64,000 nt of DNA from a virus (IMGVR_UViG_3300009551_000005:1-64000), one strand, 5' to 3'. Shown: positions 27,184 to 37,485, counted from the first letter of the stretch. Notes: generated by a model from the letters alone, not told the origin. Program-made: numbers and translations.

Positions 27184-29832
27184 ATGAAGAAGTCCTGGGT
27201 CACGCTGGCCGCCGCGGTCATCGCCGCGCTCGCGGTCTCACTGGTCATGCACGTCGCGCTCAAGTCGCGCGCCGGCTCGCAGCGCCTCGGAAGCTTCATC
27301 CCGAGCGTGGAGCACCCCGCGAGCGTCACCGTCGACACGAGCGTGCTCACGCACGACGGGGGCACGCAGTACCCGAGCGGCACCGTCGTCTACGTCTACG
27401 GCGCCAGGGCGCTGCCGGCGAGCAACGCGATGGCGCTCCCGGGCAACAACGCCACGGGCATGTCGGCGAACGCGATCGGAGTCTTCGAGGGCACGAGCGG
27501 GCAGATCCAGACGAGCGGCGAGGTGCTCGACGCGCAGTTCACCGCGCAGGGTGGCAAGCCCGTCGTCGGCCAGTACGCGTGGGTGGCGAACAAGGCGGAC
27601 GACAACGGCACGGGGGACGGGAAGTTCACCGCGACCAAGCCGAGCGCCGCGATCCAAACCCAGGGCTACACGGGCACGGACCGCTTCAACTACCCGCGCA
27701 CGATCGTGAAGGCGTTCCTCGTCACCGACGCCTCGGGCTACGCGCCCTCGTGCGATGGTGGCACCTGCTCGTGCGCGGCGCCCGCGACGTGCACCGCGAA
27801 GGGCATCCTCGTGAAGCCGGAGATGGAGAAGACGGCTTCTGTGACCTCGATGCCGCCGAGCGGCACGCGGTGGAGCAAGACGGGCTACAGCGGCTTCACC
27901 GGCACCGACTACTTCTCGGCCGCGTACAACGCGACCGGCGCGGACCTGCGCGACGGCGACGTCTTCGTCATCACCTGGCAGCACCCCTACGTGACCGCGA
28001 GCTACTCGATGCTCAGCAACAAGGACAGCTCCAACAACGGGTGGGAGCTCTACGTGCTGCACTCCGCTGGGCACGACTACGGGGGCATCCGCCTCTGGCA
28101 TGCGGGCGCCGACGCGGGCAACAACTTCCCCATCGCGCCCGGCGTGAACCGCATGGTGGTCCGCAACTGGCACGGGCAGACGTGCGTCGTCGTCGCGAAC
28201 GCGGGCAACCCGCTCCCCTTCACTTCGACCAACGGCTCGTTCCCGACGTGCTGGCCCAACACCGCGTGGTCGCCCGCCTCGAACAACGCCGCCAACGGCG
28301 CGCTGAAGCTCGGCACTGGGTCCGACGGCAGCACGCCCGGGACGATCTTCAACATCGCGCACTTGCGCACCACGCTCGCCGACGACGCGGGCGCGCCGAT
28401 CTCCGACGCGGACATGAACCGCTGGGCGCGCCTCGTCGTGCCGACGACGCTCAGCGACGTCTCGCGCATCGACCTCCCGGAGGAGATTACGACGCACACC
28501 GCGCTCCTCTGGGCGCAGAACGACTGGGGCAACCTCCCGCAGCCCATCACTCAGCTCGGGCCCGGCAGCCCCGTCTTCTCGTGGACGACGAACGGCAGCC
28601 CCAAGGCGGTCGCGAAGATCGAGCGCCTATGGACGGGCGAAGACCTCGCGGCCCTCTGGCGCGGGACCGGCCGCGCCGACCTCGACTCGTGGAACGTGCC
28701 GCGCGCCTCGCCGTTCGCGGAGATCACCTACACCTCGCAGGGACAGGACGCGGGCGCGGGCTTCTCGGGTGAGACGGAGATCGGAGTCCTCTACTACTCC
28801 GAGTCCCTCGACAACTCGGACCAGGTGCAGCCGGGCCTCGTCCTCGCCGACGCGGGCTTCCTCAACTACACGAACAAGATCTGGCAGGGCTCCTTCCAGG
28901 GCTCCGGCTCCGTGCAGACGGCCGGCGCGCCCGTCGACCCGAAGCGCATCAAGATCGCGTGGATCACGACCGACCCCATCTCGATGGCGGCCGACTCGCC
29001 CACCGGCCCGAAGGCCATCACGATCCTCAACGGCGGCCCGACCGAGGCGTTCTACAGCCCCGGCTTCATGGCCTACTACGGCGGCTTCGTCGTCGGTATC
29101 ATCACGCAGGACGCGCAGGTCTTCACCTCCACGGCGACGGTCCCGAAGGCCATGGTGGTGGTCGGGGACAACACGCTCCTCGGCGATAACTGCAACGGCA
29201 GCTCGACCCCGGTGCAGTGGAACTGCGCGCCCATCAACATGATGCGGCAGACGTTCCCGACCTCCGGCGGCCCGGGCGTCGTGCACGCGTTCGTCCGCAC
29301 GGGCGAGCAGACCCTCCTCGCCGCGGGTAGCAGCGGCATCGCGAGCAGCCCCGGGCTCCTCGTGAACGGCTCCACGAAGCCGGCCGCGCACATGATCCTC
29401 GACGAGTGCACGCACGAGGGCGCGACCAACTGCACGGTGCTCATCACGCTCGACGGCTTCTGGGAGTACAGCAACCAGGACGCGAGTCAGCGCCCCGCGG
29501 CGTTCGGCGTGGCGGCCGGCGCGCTCGTCGACAACGTGCACTCGCTCTGCGGGCTGGCGAACATCACCTGCAACATTTACTGGGCCTACAACCAGCGCTC
29601 GGCCTGCTCGGCGCACGCGAACACGCTCGGCGACACCTACGCCAACTACCAGAGCCAGATCTCCGGGCTCACGAGCGGGCGCGCGTGGATGCACGGTTTC
29701 GACTCCTCGACCCCGAACTCGGTGACCTTCACCAACTCGGGCACGTGCATCAGCGGCAACGGCAACCAGTGGATGAACTTCGCGGGGGCCACGAACTGGA
29801 ATCTGAACCTCAAGACGGGTGTCGCCTGGTGA
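27184..29832 (+). CDS. large membrane-anchored or virion adhesin-like protein (LamG-like + degenerate SGNH-like)
   Basis: GAGGAGAGG RBS; N-terminal TM segment; VVVGDN motif. Confidence 0.65.
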   Translation: MKKSWVTLAAAVIAALAVSLVMHVALKSRAGSQRLGSFIPSVEHPASVTVDTSVLTHDGGTQYPSGTVVYVYGARALPASNAMALPGNNATGMSANAIGVFEGTSGQIQTSGEVLDAQFTAQGGKPVVGQYAWVANKADDNGTGDGKFTATKPSAAIQTQGYTGTDRFNYPRTIVKAFLVTDASGYAPSCDGGTCSCAAPATCTAKGILVKPEMEKTASVTSMPPSGTRWSKTGYSGFTGTDYFSAAYNATGADLRDGDVFVITWQHPYVTASYSMLSNKDSSNNGWELYVLHSAGHDYGGIRLWHAGADAGNNFPIAPGVNRMVVRNWHGQTCVVVANAGNPLPFTSTNGSFPTCWPNTAWSPASNNAANGALKLGTGSDGSTPGTIFNIAHLRTTLADDAGAPISDADMNRWARLVVPTTLSDVSRIDLPEEITTHTALLWAQNDWGNLPQPITQLGPGSPVFSWTTNGSPKAVAKIERLWTGEDLAALWRGTGRADLDSWNVPRASPFAEITYTSQGQDAGAGFSGETEIGVLYYSESLDNSDQVQPGLVLADAGFLNYTNKIWQGSFQGSGSVQTAGAPVDPKRIKIAWITTDPISMAADSPTGPKAITILNGGPTEAFYSPGFMAYYGGFVVGIITQDAQVFTSTATVPKAMVVVGDNTLLGDNCNGSSTPVQWNCAPINMMRQTFPTSGGPGVVHAFVRTGEQTLLAAGSSGIASSPGLLVNGSTKPAAHMILDECTHEGATNCTVLITLDGFWEYSNQDASQRPAAFGVAAGALVDNVHSLCGLANITCNIYWAYNQRSACSAHANTLGDTYANYQSQISGLTSGRAWMHGFDSSTPNSVTFTNSGTCISGNGNQWMNFAGATNWNLNLKTGVAW

Positions 29833-29873
29833 GACCGTTCTCGTCGCGGCCAGCGTCACCGGGTGGTAGTTCG

Positions 29874-29897
29874 CCGTCGGTGATCGATCACCGACGG
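29874..29897. repeat. 24-bp palindrome, copy 5
   Basis: Exact copy followed by TGG-TAGCCT-N7-ATG. Confidence 0.97.
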
Positions 29898-29913
29898 TGG
29901 TAGCCTCCCGGGC

Positions 29914-30078
29914 ATGGGCAAGAAGCCTTACAACCTCACGCCTCCCCCGCCCGCGCCCAAGAACGCACCCCAGGCGACTCCGCCCCCCAACGCGGCACCT
30001 CCGAAGGACCGCGACAAGGGGCAGGAGCTCCCCTGGCCTCCTGCGACTCCTCCCGACCACAAGCCGATGAAGGTGTAG
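29914..30078 (+). CDS. 54-aa Pro-rich protein (not in the ORF track)
   Basis: MGKKPYNLTPPPPAPK...HKPMKV*; leaderless motif. Confidence 0.6.
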   Translation: MGKKPYNLTPPPPAPKNAPQATPPPNAAPPKDRDKGQELPWPPATPPDHKPMKV

Positions 30079-30082
30079 GCGC

Positions 30083-31636
30083 GTGCTCGCTCCGAGCATC
30101 AAGTTCACGCAGGGCGTGACTGTCGGTACGCCGAACGTCGCGCTCATGGGCGTGCTCACGACGTCTGTCACCGCGCAGGCCAACACCGCCGACGGCTCGA
30201 AGCGGTGGGTGTTCTCGTGGATCGACGCACCTCCGACGTCCGCCATCACGCGCGCGCAGGCGGTGCAGGACTCGGGGTCTGTCTCCGCTCTCACCTTCTC
30301 ACCCGACGTCGCGGGCTGCTACTGCCTCCAGCTCGATTCGTACGATGCCAACGGCGCGCGAGCGACGGTCTATCTCTGCTTCGGTGTCCTGAACGCGCAC
30401 GGCAGGCTCCCGAGCTTTCCGGCGATGGTTCCTTTCGCGGGCTTCCCTGAGATCACCGCCTACCAGTGCATGAACTTCAGCGGAGGGACTCGCGGCTACG
30501 CGCCCTACGTCGAGGCCTACAACGCCGCGGTGGATGCCGGCGGCGCGGGCGGCAACGCACTCCAGCTCCAGGGCGTGGACATCTCGAACGTCGCGCCGAC
30601 GAACGGTCAGGCGCTCGTCTATGTGAACGGCACGACGAAGTGGACGCCGACGAGCCCCACGGGGAGTCTCGGCGGCACGTATCTCACGCCCACGGTCGTG
30701 GCCATCGACGGCGCGGCCGGCACCGTGCCCGTCAACTGCGCGGCGATGACGTGGGCAGACGCCGCGGGCGCCCCCGTTATCGGACAGGGCGCGCACGCAA
30801 GCGGGACGTCGGCGGTGATGACCGTCGAGTCGCAGCAGTCCTCCTCTGGGAGCGCCGGCGGCTTGGTCCTTCGCGGCGGCAAGGGCAGCGTCGCGGGCGG
30901 CAACGTCGACATCCAGGTTGCGGCCACGACGACCTACGCCGTCATCGGTCGTTTCACCTCCGCCGGGTTCTTCCCTGGCACCTCTTGGCACTCGTTCCAA
31001 AACGGCTTCATCGAGATTGGCGCCGTGGGTGGCGTCACGGTGCCGAATACGGGCACCGTCCGTCTCGTCAACAACGGCTCGCTCCAGTCCTTCACGGGTG
31101 GCGCACCCGGCACCGGGCTCTCGCTTCTCTCGTGGAGCGGCACGACCATCACGCTGGGCAACGCCTCCAACGCCTCATCGCTCAGCCTGCAGGTGGCGGG
31201 CGATCTCACGTTCACGCCTTCGGGCAAGGCAGTCATCCAGAGCGCTACCAAGTGGATGAAGGGCGGCGTCTCGCACGCGGGCTGGACGTTCTCTGACCAG
31301 GCGGACCCCCAGCTCACGAACAACACACCGACCGCGGTCTACACGTTCGCGACGAACAATGGCTCGAACTACTGCAAGGCGAAGATCGTCGGCACGCGCA
31401 ACGACCAGGCAGCGGCCTTTGCGCAGGAGCTCAAGTACGCGGCCCTGAACAACGCCGGCACCCTGAGCGACCTCGCCGTGGTGAGCACGCTCTCCGGTCC
31501 CGACTCGGTCAGCACGGGCTCCACCATCACGGCGACGATGGGTCGCTCCGGCACGAATGTGGTGGTCACCATCACGAGCAATGCCGCCGAGACCTGGAAC
31601 TTCCACGTCGAGTTCGAGGCGACTATTCAGCCGTGA
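30083..31636 (+). CDS. putative virion fibre protein
   Basis: PKD-like N-terminus, G/T/S-rich. Confidence 0.65.
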   Translation: MLAPSIKFTQGVTVGTPNVALMGVLTTSVTAQANTADGSKRWVFSWIDAPPTSAITRAQAVQDSGSVSALTFSPDVAGCYCLQLDSYDANGARATVYLCFGVLNAHGRLPSFPAMVPFAGFPEITAYQCMNFSGGTRGYAPYVEAYNAAVDAGGAGGNALQLQGVDISNVAPTNGQALVYVNGTTKWTPTSPTGSLGGTYLTPTVVAIDGAAGTVPVNCAAMTWADAAGAPVIGQGAHASGTSAVMTVESQQSSSGSAGGLVLRGGKGSVAGGNVDIQVAATTTYAVIGRFTSAGFFPGTSWHSFQNGFIEIGAVGGVTVPNTGTVRLVNNGSLQSFTGGAPGTGLSLLSWSGTTITLGNASNASSLSLQVAGDLTFTPSGKAVIQSATKWMKGGVSHAGWTFSDQADPQLTNNTPTAVYTFATNNGSNYCKAKIVGTRNDQAAAFAQELKYAALNNAGTLSDLAVVSTLSGPDSVSTGSTITATMGRSGTNVVVTITSNAAETWNFHVEFEATIQP

Positions 31637-32496
31637 TCCACGCGCCTTCACTTCGCGAGGTCGAGCACGTACGGCGCACGCGCAAGGCATCGCCGCGCAT
31701 GCTCATGTCGCCCGCGGGCTTCCCGACGGCGATGGGCTCGTGGAGCGCCGCGAATTGGACCCCGGCGAAGGCGACAGGAATCCTTGACTGGTTCTATGGG
31801 CCACACGCGCTCGTCGGTTCATGGCCGAACGAGATCGTCGGCGGTCCGATCTCTCCGGTGCAAGCGACGGGCGCGAACCAGCCGTCGCTTTCCGTCGGCA
31901 TCAATGGTCTCCAGTGCCCCTTCTTCCCGGTCGCGGCTCTCGGGAGCTCCGCGGTCTACGACTGCGGCGCGGTCTCCCCGACGAGCGGGAACAGCTACTG
32001 GGTGTGTGTCGTCGCAAAGGCGACCTCGGGGCTAGGGAGCAACGCGACGATCTACGGTCGTTGGTGGAACAACAACGCGTTCAGCATCGGTAACAACGCC
32101 ACCACCGGAGCCGGTAAGTGCGCCTTTTTCGTGGGCAACGACACCGCCTCGTGTACGGCGACCACCAACGCGGCACCTGGGACGAGCGCGTTCTGCGCCA
32201 TGGGGGTCTGGAACAACAGCAACTCTCCCGGCTCGCCGACAGCAGTCATCTATCTCATCTCCGGCGGCTCTGCGGTGCTTCAGACGTCGAAGAGCACTGC
32301 TGGCTCGGATTACGCGGGCAGCTTCCCTAACCTCGGCACTGGAGACCACACCTCGATCGGTGCGGGTCTTTCTGGAGCCGGCGGTCCGCCGACCGGTGAC
32401 GTGTTCAACGGCTACATCGGCGAGATCTTCGACGGCACCGGCGCGCCGCCCCTAGCGCAAGCCCCCGCGTACATCCTGAAGAAGTGGAACATCTGA
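31633..32496 (+). CDS. LamG/concanavalin-like virion protein
   Basis: QATGANQP...INGL and FNGYIGEI...YILKKW patterns. Confidence 0.65.
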   Translation: MIHAPSLREVEHVRRTRKASPRMLMSPAGFPTAMGSWSAANWTPAKATGILDWFYGPHALVGSWPNEIVGGPISPVQATGANQPSLSVGINGLQCPFFPVAALGSSAVYDCGAVSPTSGNSYWVCVVAKATSGLGSNATIYGRWWNNNAFSIGNNATTGAGKCAFFVGNDTASCTATTNAAPGTSAFCAMGVWNNSNSPGSPTAVIYLISGGSAVLQTSKSTAGSDYAGSFPNLGTGDHTSIGAGLSGAGGPPTGDVFNGYIGEIFDGTGAPPLAQAPAYILKKWNI

Positions 32497-32532
32497 GACG
32501 CGTGCTAGCCTCCGGCCTACGGAGGCACGAAC

Positions 32533-32823
32533 ATGGCACGACAGGAAGGCATCACGGGCGGCGACGGCAAGACCTCTCCCTTCGGAGACGGCAACGGCAA
32601 GCCGCAGCACTCTCCCTCCAAGCCCAGGAACTTCGCCGCAGAGCCGGACCCCATGCCGGGCAGCGCGGTGGGACCCAACACCAACGGCGGTGCGTGCGCG
32701 GACTCCATCCCGGAAGGGAACGGGGGACGCATCCTCACGCGCGATCCCGGTCCGGTGAGCAAGGCGAATCACGCGAGCGGTGTCACCGGCGTGAGCAAGG
32801 TCCCGTTCAAGGGTCTCAAGTAG
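32533..32823 (+). CDS. small G/P-rich protein
   Basis: TGCTAGCCT plus GGAGG RBS. Confidence 0.6.
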   Translation: MARQEGITGGDGKTSPFGDGNGKPQHSPSKPRNFAAEPDPMPGSAVGPNTNGGACADSIPEGNGGRILTRDPGPVSKANHASGVTGVSKVPFKGLK

Positions 32824-32830
32824 GCGCGCG

Positions 32831-33262
32831 GTGTCGATCCTCGTCAGCCTCGCCGGCGCGGTTCTTCAGGCGCAGCCGGGCAGCCAGGGGCAGGACCAAG
32901 CGTCCTTCCCCTCCGGTGCGCTCTCCGTGCCCTTCGAGCTCGTTCAGAACCCGAAGCTCGCGAACGTCGACACCGGCGTGATGCGTCCGAACGTGCAGTC
33001 GCCCAACGCCCCCGCCACCATGCAGGGCGTGGGCGCTTCACCCGCGCCGGTGACGGCGGGGCACACGCTCTATCTCCGCACGGCCACGCAATTCATGGTG
33101 CAGTTCATCACCCAGAACCCGGCGGGTGGCGGAAACATCACCGGCACCGCTCTTCCGCTCATGGGCCTTTGCGTGTGGGAGTTCCCGCCGAACGGGCAGC
33201 TCGTGGGTCTCACGCTCCAGGGTGCGGGGCAGGTCGAATACTACGTCGCCGGCAACCAGTAG
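32831..33262 (+). CDS. putative virion protein
   Basis: ORF in the head module. Confidence 0.6.
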   Translation: MSILVSLAGAVLQAQPGSQGQDQASFPSGALSVPFELVQNPKLANVDTGVMRPNVQSPNAPATMQGVGASPAPVTAGHTLYLRTATQFMVQFITQNPAGGGNITGTALPLMGLCVWEFPPNGQLVGLTLQGAGQVEYYVAGNQ

Positions 33263-33318
33263 ACGCGTGGGGCGCGCGGGCCGTAGCCTGAGCCCAGACA
33301 ACCCAAAGGGAGATCGTC

Positions 33319-34140
33319 ATGACCATCGGCGTGAAGGCCAACGCGCTCGTTCAGCTCCTCAACACCGTTTCCGGTCCGGGCCAGCTCGCCGAGATGATGA
33401 AGCTCATCGGCATTGGCACCGTGATCCGCAACCTGCCGACGTACCTCAACTGCAAGGCGCCTCTCGCTGCGGGTGCAAGCCCGTACGACGGCGCGACGAT
33501 CGGGGCCCTCGTGCTGCCCGACGACGCCAAGGCGGCGAGCATCATCCGCGCCTACGGCCGGACCGGAGGCGTTACCGCCACCGAGCTTGCAGCCCAGGCC
33601 TACGCGGCGACGCCCACCACCGGGCAGATCGCGGTCGCGCCCTCGGGCAACATCGCACTCCTCGGAACGGATGCGTGGACCAACATGGATGTCGCGTACA
33701 TCCCGATGAAGCAGGACCCCGTGGAGCTCGTGCTCCCCTGCGCGTCCAACGCGGCGGCGCTCCCCGTCACGACCAACTCGCAGCTCAACGCGGGCACCGG
33801 TTCCACCGGCGCGGGCGGCGTCATCATGCTGATGGAGGCGGAGATCCTCACCGGCACGACGCCGGGTAAGAAGATCGTCACGCAGGAGTCCGCGAGCACC
33901 GCGGCCACCGGCACCGCGCGCCTCGACCTCGCGAAGGCCAACGTGAAGTTCGCCTCCGCCGACGCCGCGACGCAGGTGCGCGTGAAGCTCGGTGTGGCTT
34001 GCAAGAGCCAGATCACCGGCGTGCTCGGCACGCTGGCGGCGATGGGCTCCCCGGCGCAGGTCATCCCCGCGCCGCCGGTCGTCCAGATCTCGACGCCGGA
34101 CCTCGACGCGCTCCTCGAGGCCGCGAGCACCACCCCGTAA
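33319..34140 (+). CDS. putative head decoration protein
   Basis: A/T/G-rich; just upstream of scaffold and major capsid. Confidence 0.6.
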   Translation: MTIGVKANALVQLLNTVSGPGQLAEMMKLIGIGTVIRNLPTYLNCKAPLAAGASPYDGATIGALVLPDDAKAASIIRAYGRTGGVTATELAAQAYAATPTTGQIAVAPSGNIALLGTDAWTNMDVAYIPMKQDPVELVLPCASNAAALPVTTNSQLNAGTGSTGAGGVIMLMEAEILTGTTPGKKIVTQESASTAATGTARLDLAKANVKFASADAATQVRVKLGVACKSQITGVLGTLAAMGSPAQVIPAPPVVQISTPDLDALLEAASTTP

Positions 34141-34167
34141 CCAGGACCGCGAGAAGAGCACGGCGAG

Positions 34168-34206
34168 GGGCCGAGCCTCGAGCGGGGTTCGGCCCTTCTG
34201 TCTTTT
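34168..34206 (+). terminator. intrinsic terminator-like hairpin
   Basis: GGGCCGAGCCTC-gagc-GGGGTTCGGCCC followed by TTCTGTCTTTT. Confidence 0.6.
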
Positions 34207-34224
34207 GAGGAAGGCGAGGAGACC

Positions 34225-35160
34225 ATGTCGGAAGAGAACAAGGACAAGGGCACGCCGGCGGCTGCCGGTGCAGAGGGCGCGAAGGGCACGGAGGCCAAGC
34301 CGCCGAAGGAAGAAGCCGTCGCGAAGCCGGAAGCCAAGGGCGATGCGAAGCCGGAAGCCAAGGGCGAGAAGACGGCTGGCAAGTCCAAGTCGGAGGAAGT
34401 CCAGGCCACCGCGAAGCGCTACAAGCTCGAGGATGATGACGACGAGATCCCGGAAGATGCGGACCTTCTCGACCTCACGCCGCGCGGTCTGAAGAATCGC
34501 CTCACGCGTGCCAAGAACAGCGTTCTCAAGGAGCGCTTCGGCACGACCGACGTCGACTCCATCGTCGCGAAGCTGAAGAAGCTCGAGGAGTTCGAGGAGA
34601 AGGAAGCGAAGGCCAAGAAGGAGAAGATGGACAAGGAGGAGCGCCTCGCTGCCGAGAAGGCAGAAGCCGAGGACCGCGCCGCCAAGGCCGAAGCACGCGC
34701 GAAGGCAGTCGAGGAGGAGCGCGCCGTCGAGAAGGAAGGCACGCGGCTGAAGGGTCTCTGCGAGGACCAGATCAAGCCGAAGTATTGGCGCCACGTGAAG
34801 GCGGACCTCGCCGAGTGGATCCTCAACGGCGAAGATGGTGAGCCGCGCTCCCCCAAGGAGATCCGCGCGCTCAAGGACAAGGACATCAAGAAGTGGCTCG
34901 GGAACTACTTGAAGGACAACCCCGAGTTCTCCGCCGGCGCGGCCGCTGACGCAGCGAAGGCCGCCAAGGAGGAGAAGGACAAGAAGAAGGGTCTGAACAC
35001 CGGCGCGGACAACGATGACGAGAAGACGGGCACCGACGGTGACACCGACCCGTCCGTCGACCCGGCCACCGGCAAGACGCTGAAGCCCGGACGTCCCAAC
35101 TCGATGACGAAGGCGGAGGCGCAAGCCTTCCTCCGCAAGAAGGGCATCGAGCTCCCCTAG
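34225..35160 (+). CDS. capsid scaffolding protein
   Basis: K/E/A-rich coiled coil preceding the major capsid gene. Confidence 0.75.
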   Translation: MSEENKDKGTPAAAGAEGAKGTEAKPPKEEAVAKPEAKGDAKPEAKGEKTAGKSKSEEVQATAKRYKLEDDDDEIPEDADLLDLTPRGLKNRLTRAKNSVLKERFGTTDVDSIVAKLKKLEEFEEKEAKAKKEKMDKEERLAAEKAEAEDRAAKAEARAKAVEEERAVEKEGTRLKGLCEDQIKPKYWRHVKADLAEWILNGEDGEPRSPKEIRALKDKDIKKWLGNYLKDNPEFSAGAAADAAKAAKEEKDKKKGLNTGADNDDEKTGTDGDTDPSVDPATGKTLKPGRPNSMTKAEAQAFLRKKGIELP

Positions 35161-35675
35161 CCCGTCTTGTTGCGCGCGAGCCTCTTCTGCTCGCGCTTCT
35201 CGTCCGGCGCGATGGCGAGGAGGATTGTCGTGTGGTCCCTCCCCACGAGCCTCCCGATCTGAGGGTAGCTCAAACCCTTCGCCCGAAGTCTCTTCCAAAA
35301 CTCGACGCGCGCCTCGACGAGCTCCGTCGTCCGCACCCTGCCGAACAGCTCTCGCTCATTCACGAAGTGCTTGGTGCAGACGTCTTCGATGTCAGCGCCG
35401 AACCCGCGGTGACGAGCTGCCTGCGAGAGCCCTTCCTCCACGTTCAGGCGTGCCGCGCGCGCGGTTCCCCACGCGACCCGCGCGCGCATCTTGCCGCCGT
35501 CGAACGTGAGCTTGGCCTCCGCGACGGTCTTGCCGTCGGACACCTGGACTTCATCACCCGGCACGACGTGGTTCACGAGCATCGTCGCGCGTGACCCTTC
35601 GGAGTCGAGGAGCACGAGCCCGTCTTCTTGGCGTTCGAAGTCGACGAAGATGATGACCGGACCCTTCAGGACCAT
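35157..35675 (-). CDS. protein with DnaA C-terminal-type HTH domain
   Basis: EAR...GLSYPQIGRLVGRDHTTILLA; GCGGCAT-N9-ATG. Confidence 0.75.
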   Translation of the reverse strand: MVLKGPVIIFVDFERQEDGLVLLDSEGSRATMLVNHVVPGDEVQVSDGKTVAEAKLTFDGGKMRARVAWGTARAARLNVEEGLSQAARHRGFGADIEDVCTKHFVNERELFGRVRTTELVEARVEFWKRLRAKGLSYPQIGRLVGRDHTTILLAIAPDEKREQKRLARNKTG

Positions 35676-35880
35676 GGCCGCCGGATGCCGCTGGACGCGA
35701 CCGCTTTCGGCTCGTAGATTCCGATCGTCACCAAGCAACAAGCCGAACGAACCACCCACCACGAGAGTACGCGCCTCGGTCAAGAGCGCGGTGAAAGGGC
35801 GGAAGTGAGGTCGAAGGCGTGGAGGCCGACGTGCGTGCCCCCGTGAGCGGCGCGCGAGGCAACCGACCGGAGATCTACCA

Positions 35881-37281
35881 ATGACCCTCGTCCTGGGCGT
35901 ACCGCCCGCAGTTCTCGAGCTCCAGCAGCAGGGACTTCTGGAGCGCGCGTTTCACGATGCTCTCTTCCCCAAGCTCCTCTACCGCCAGGAGTGCAGCGTC
36001 GAGGATTGGCCGGCGAACACGGGCACCACGGTGCTCATGTCCAAGCCCGGGCTCCTGCCGCCCATCACGACGCCCACGACGCCGGGCAGCGACCCGCCGG
36101 ACCAGACGCTCAACTACGAGCAGTGGTTCGCGACGCTCGAGCAGTACAGCGGATCTCTGCCGACGCACATCCCGACGGCGGTGACGGCGAACGCGAACCT
36201 CTTCCTCCGCAACATCCAGCAGCTCGGGATGCAGGCGGGGCAGAGCGTGAACCGCCTCGCGCGCAACAGGATGTTCAAGGACTACCTGGGCGCTCAGACC
36301 AACGCGCTGACGACCATCGGCTCGAGCGACACCACGATCCGCGTCGCTGCGCTGAACGGGTTCCGCTACGTGGTCATCCCCGGCACGAACGTCGCGCCGC
36401 AGCCGGTCTCTTCGTCCTACCCGATGCAGGCGACCGTGGGCACCGCGCCGACCACGGCGACGGTCTCCATCGTGGGCGTCGTGCCCGACAACGCGAGCGA
36501 CCCGGATGGTCCGGGCACTCTCCAGCTCGCGGCCGCCGTCGGCACCGCGTTCGCGACGACGCGCACGCCGGTCATCGGTGCGTACGCGCCCCTTGTCGTG
36601 AACAGCGCGGGTGGCACGAACATCGACAACATCACCGCCGGCGACACGCTGACGCTCCAGCAGGTCATCAACGCCGTCGCGCTCCTCAGGAACGCGAACG
36701 TGATGCCCCACGAGGACGGCTACTACCACGCGCACATCGGCGCGCTGTCGGTGCCGCAGCTCTACGCGGACCCCGTGTTCCAGCGCCTGAACCAGTCGCT
36801 CCCGAACGGGGACATCTACCAGACGGGCTTCGTCGACACGATCAACGGCATCAAGTTCTTCTTGAACACGGAGTCGCCGCTGTACGCGTCGAACAACGTG
36901 GGCAAGCTCACCGCGACCGCGTCTTCGGGCGTGTACGCGGCGGACATCGGGTCGGAGATCGTGAACGGCAACGGCGTCCAGATCGGCATGGTGCTCATCA
37001 CCGGCCGGGGTATCACCTGGGAGAAGCGCCTCGACGAGTCGAACTACGTCACCGAGGCCGGCACCACCGGCAAGATCGGCCAGTTCGATGTCGTGAACAA
37101 CGGCATCCAGGTCATCACCGAGGGCATCCGCCTCATCATCCGCGCGCCGCTCGACAAGCTTCAGCAGGTCGTGTCGGTCTCGTGGAGCATCTCTACGAGC
37201 TTCTCGAGCCAGACCGACTACCTCGCGCAGAGCGGCCCCCAGGCCTACAAGCGCGGGATCGTCCTCCGCCACGCGGCGTAA
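35881..37281 (+). CDS. major capsid protein
   Basis: 466 aa after the scaffold; LERAFHDALFP, IIRAPLDKLQQVVSVSW; GGAG RBS. Confidence 0.85.
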   Translation: MTLVLGVPPAVLELQQQGLLERAFHDALFPKLLYRQECSVEDWPANTGTTVLMSKPGLLPPITTPTTPGSDPPDQTLNYEQWFATLEQYSGSLPTHIPTAVTANANLFLRNIQQLGMQAGQSVNRLARNRMFKDYLGAQTNALTTIGSSDTTIRVAALNGFRYVVIPGTNVAPQPVSSSYPMQATVGTAPTTATVSIVGVVPDNASDPDGPGTLQLAAAVGTAFATTRTPVIGAYAPLVVNSAGGTNIDNITAGDTLTLQQVINAVALLRNANVMPHEDGYYHAHIGALSVPQLYADPVFQRLNQSLPNGDIYQTGFVDTINGIKFFLNTESPLYASNNVGKLTATASSGVYAADIGSEIVNGNGVQIGMVLITGRGITWEKRLDESNYVTEAGTTGKIGQFDVVNNGIQVITEGIRLIIRAPLDKLQQVVSVSWSISTSFSSQTDYLAQSGPQAYKRGIVLRHAA

Positions 37282-37468
37282 TCCGCTTCCCTTCGCCGAG
37301 CGCCTCGGAGATCACCTGCGAGGCCTCGGCGAACGAGTCGCATACGCAGGGCACTTCGCCCGGAACGTACGCGAGCCATCCCTCTCCTTCGCCCTCCGGC
37401 CCGACGATTCCGAACACCTTGGACACCTCGAAGAGGTGGTCGAAGTCGACATCAACGGACACCTTCAT
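37193..37468 (-). CDS. small hypothetical protein
   Basis: GCGGCAT-N11-ATG; 3' end overlaps the capsid gene. Confidence 0.5.
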   Translation of the reverse strand: MKVSVDVDFDHLFEVSKVFGIVGPEGEGEGWLAYVPGEVPCVCDSFAEASQVISEALGEGKRITPRGGGRSRACRPGGRSARGSRSGSRSS

Positions 37469-37485
37469 GGCGTCGTTCGATGCCG

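Noticed and set aside
22796-32496. Diversity-generating retroelement acting on the fibre genes
   Set aside because: No reverse transcriptase or template/variable repeat pair was seen in the window.
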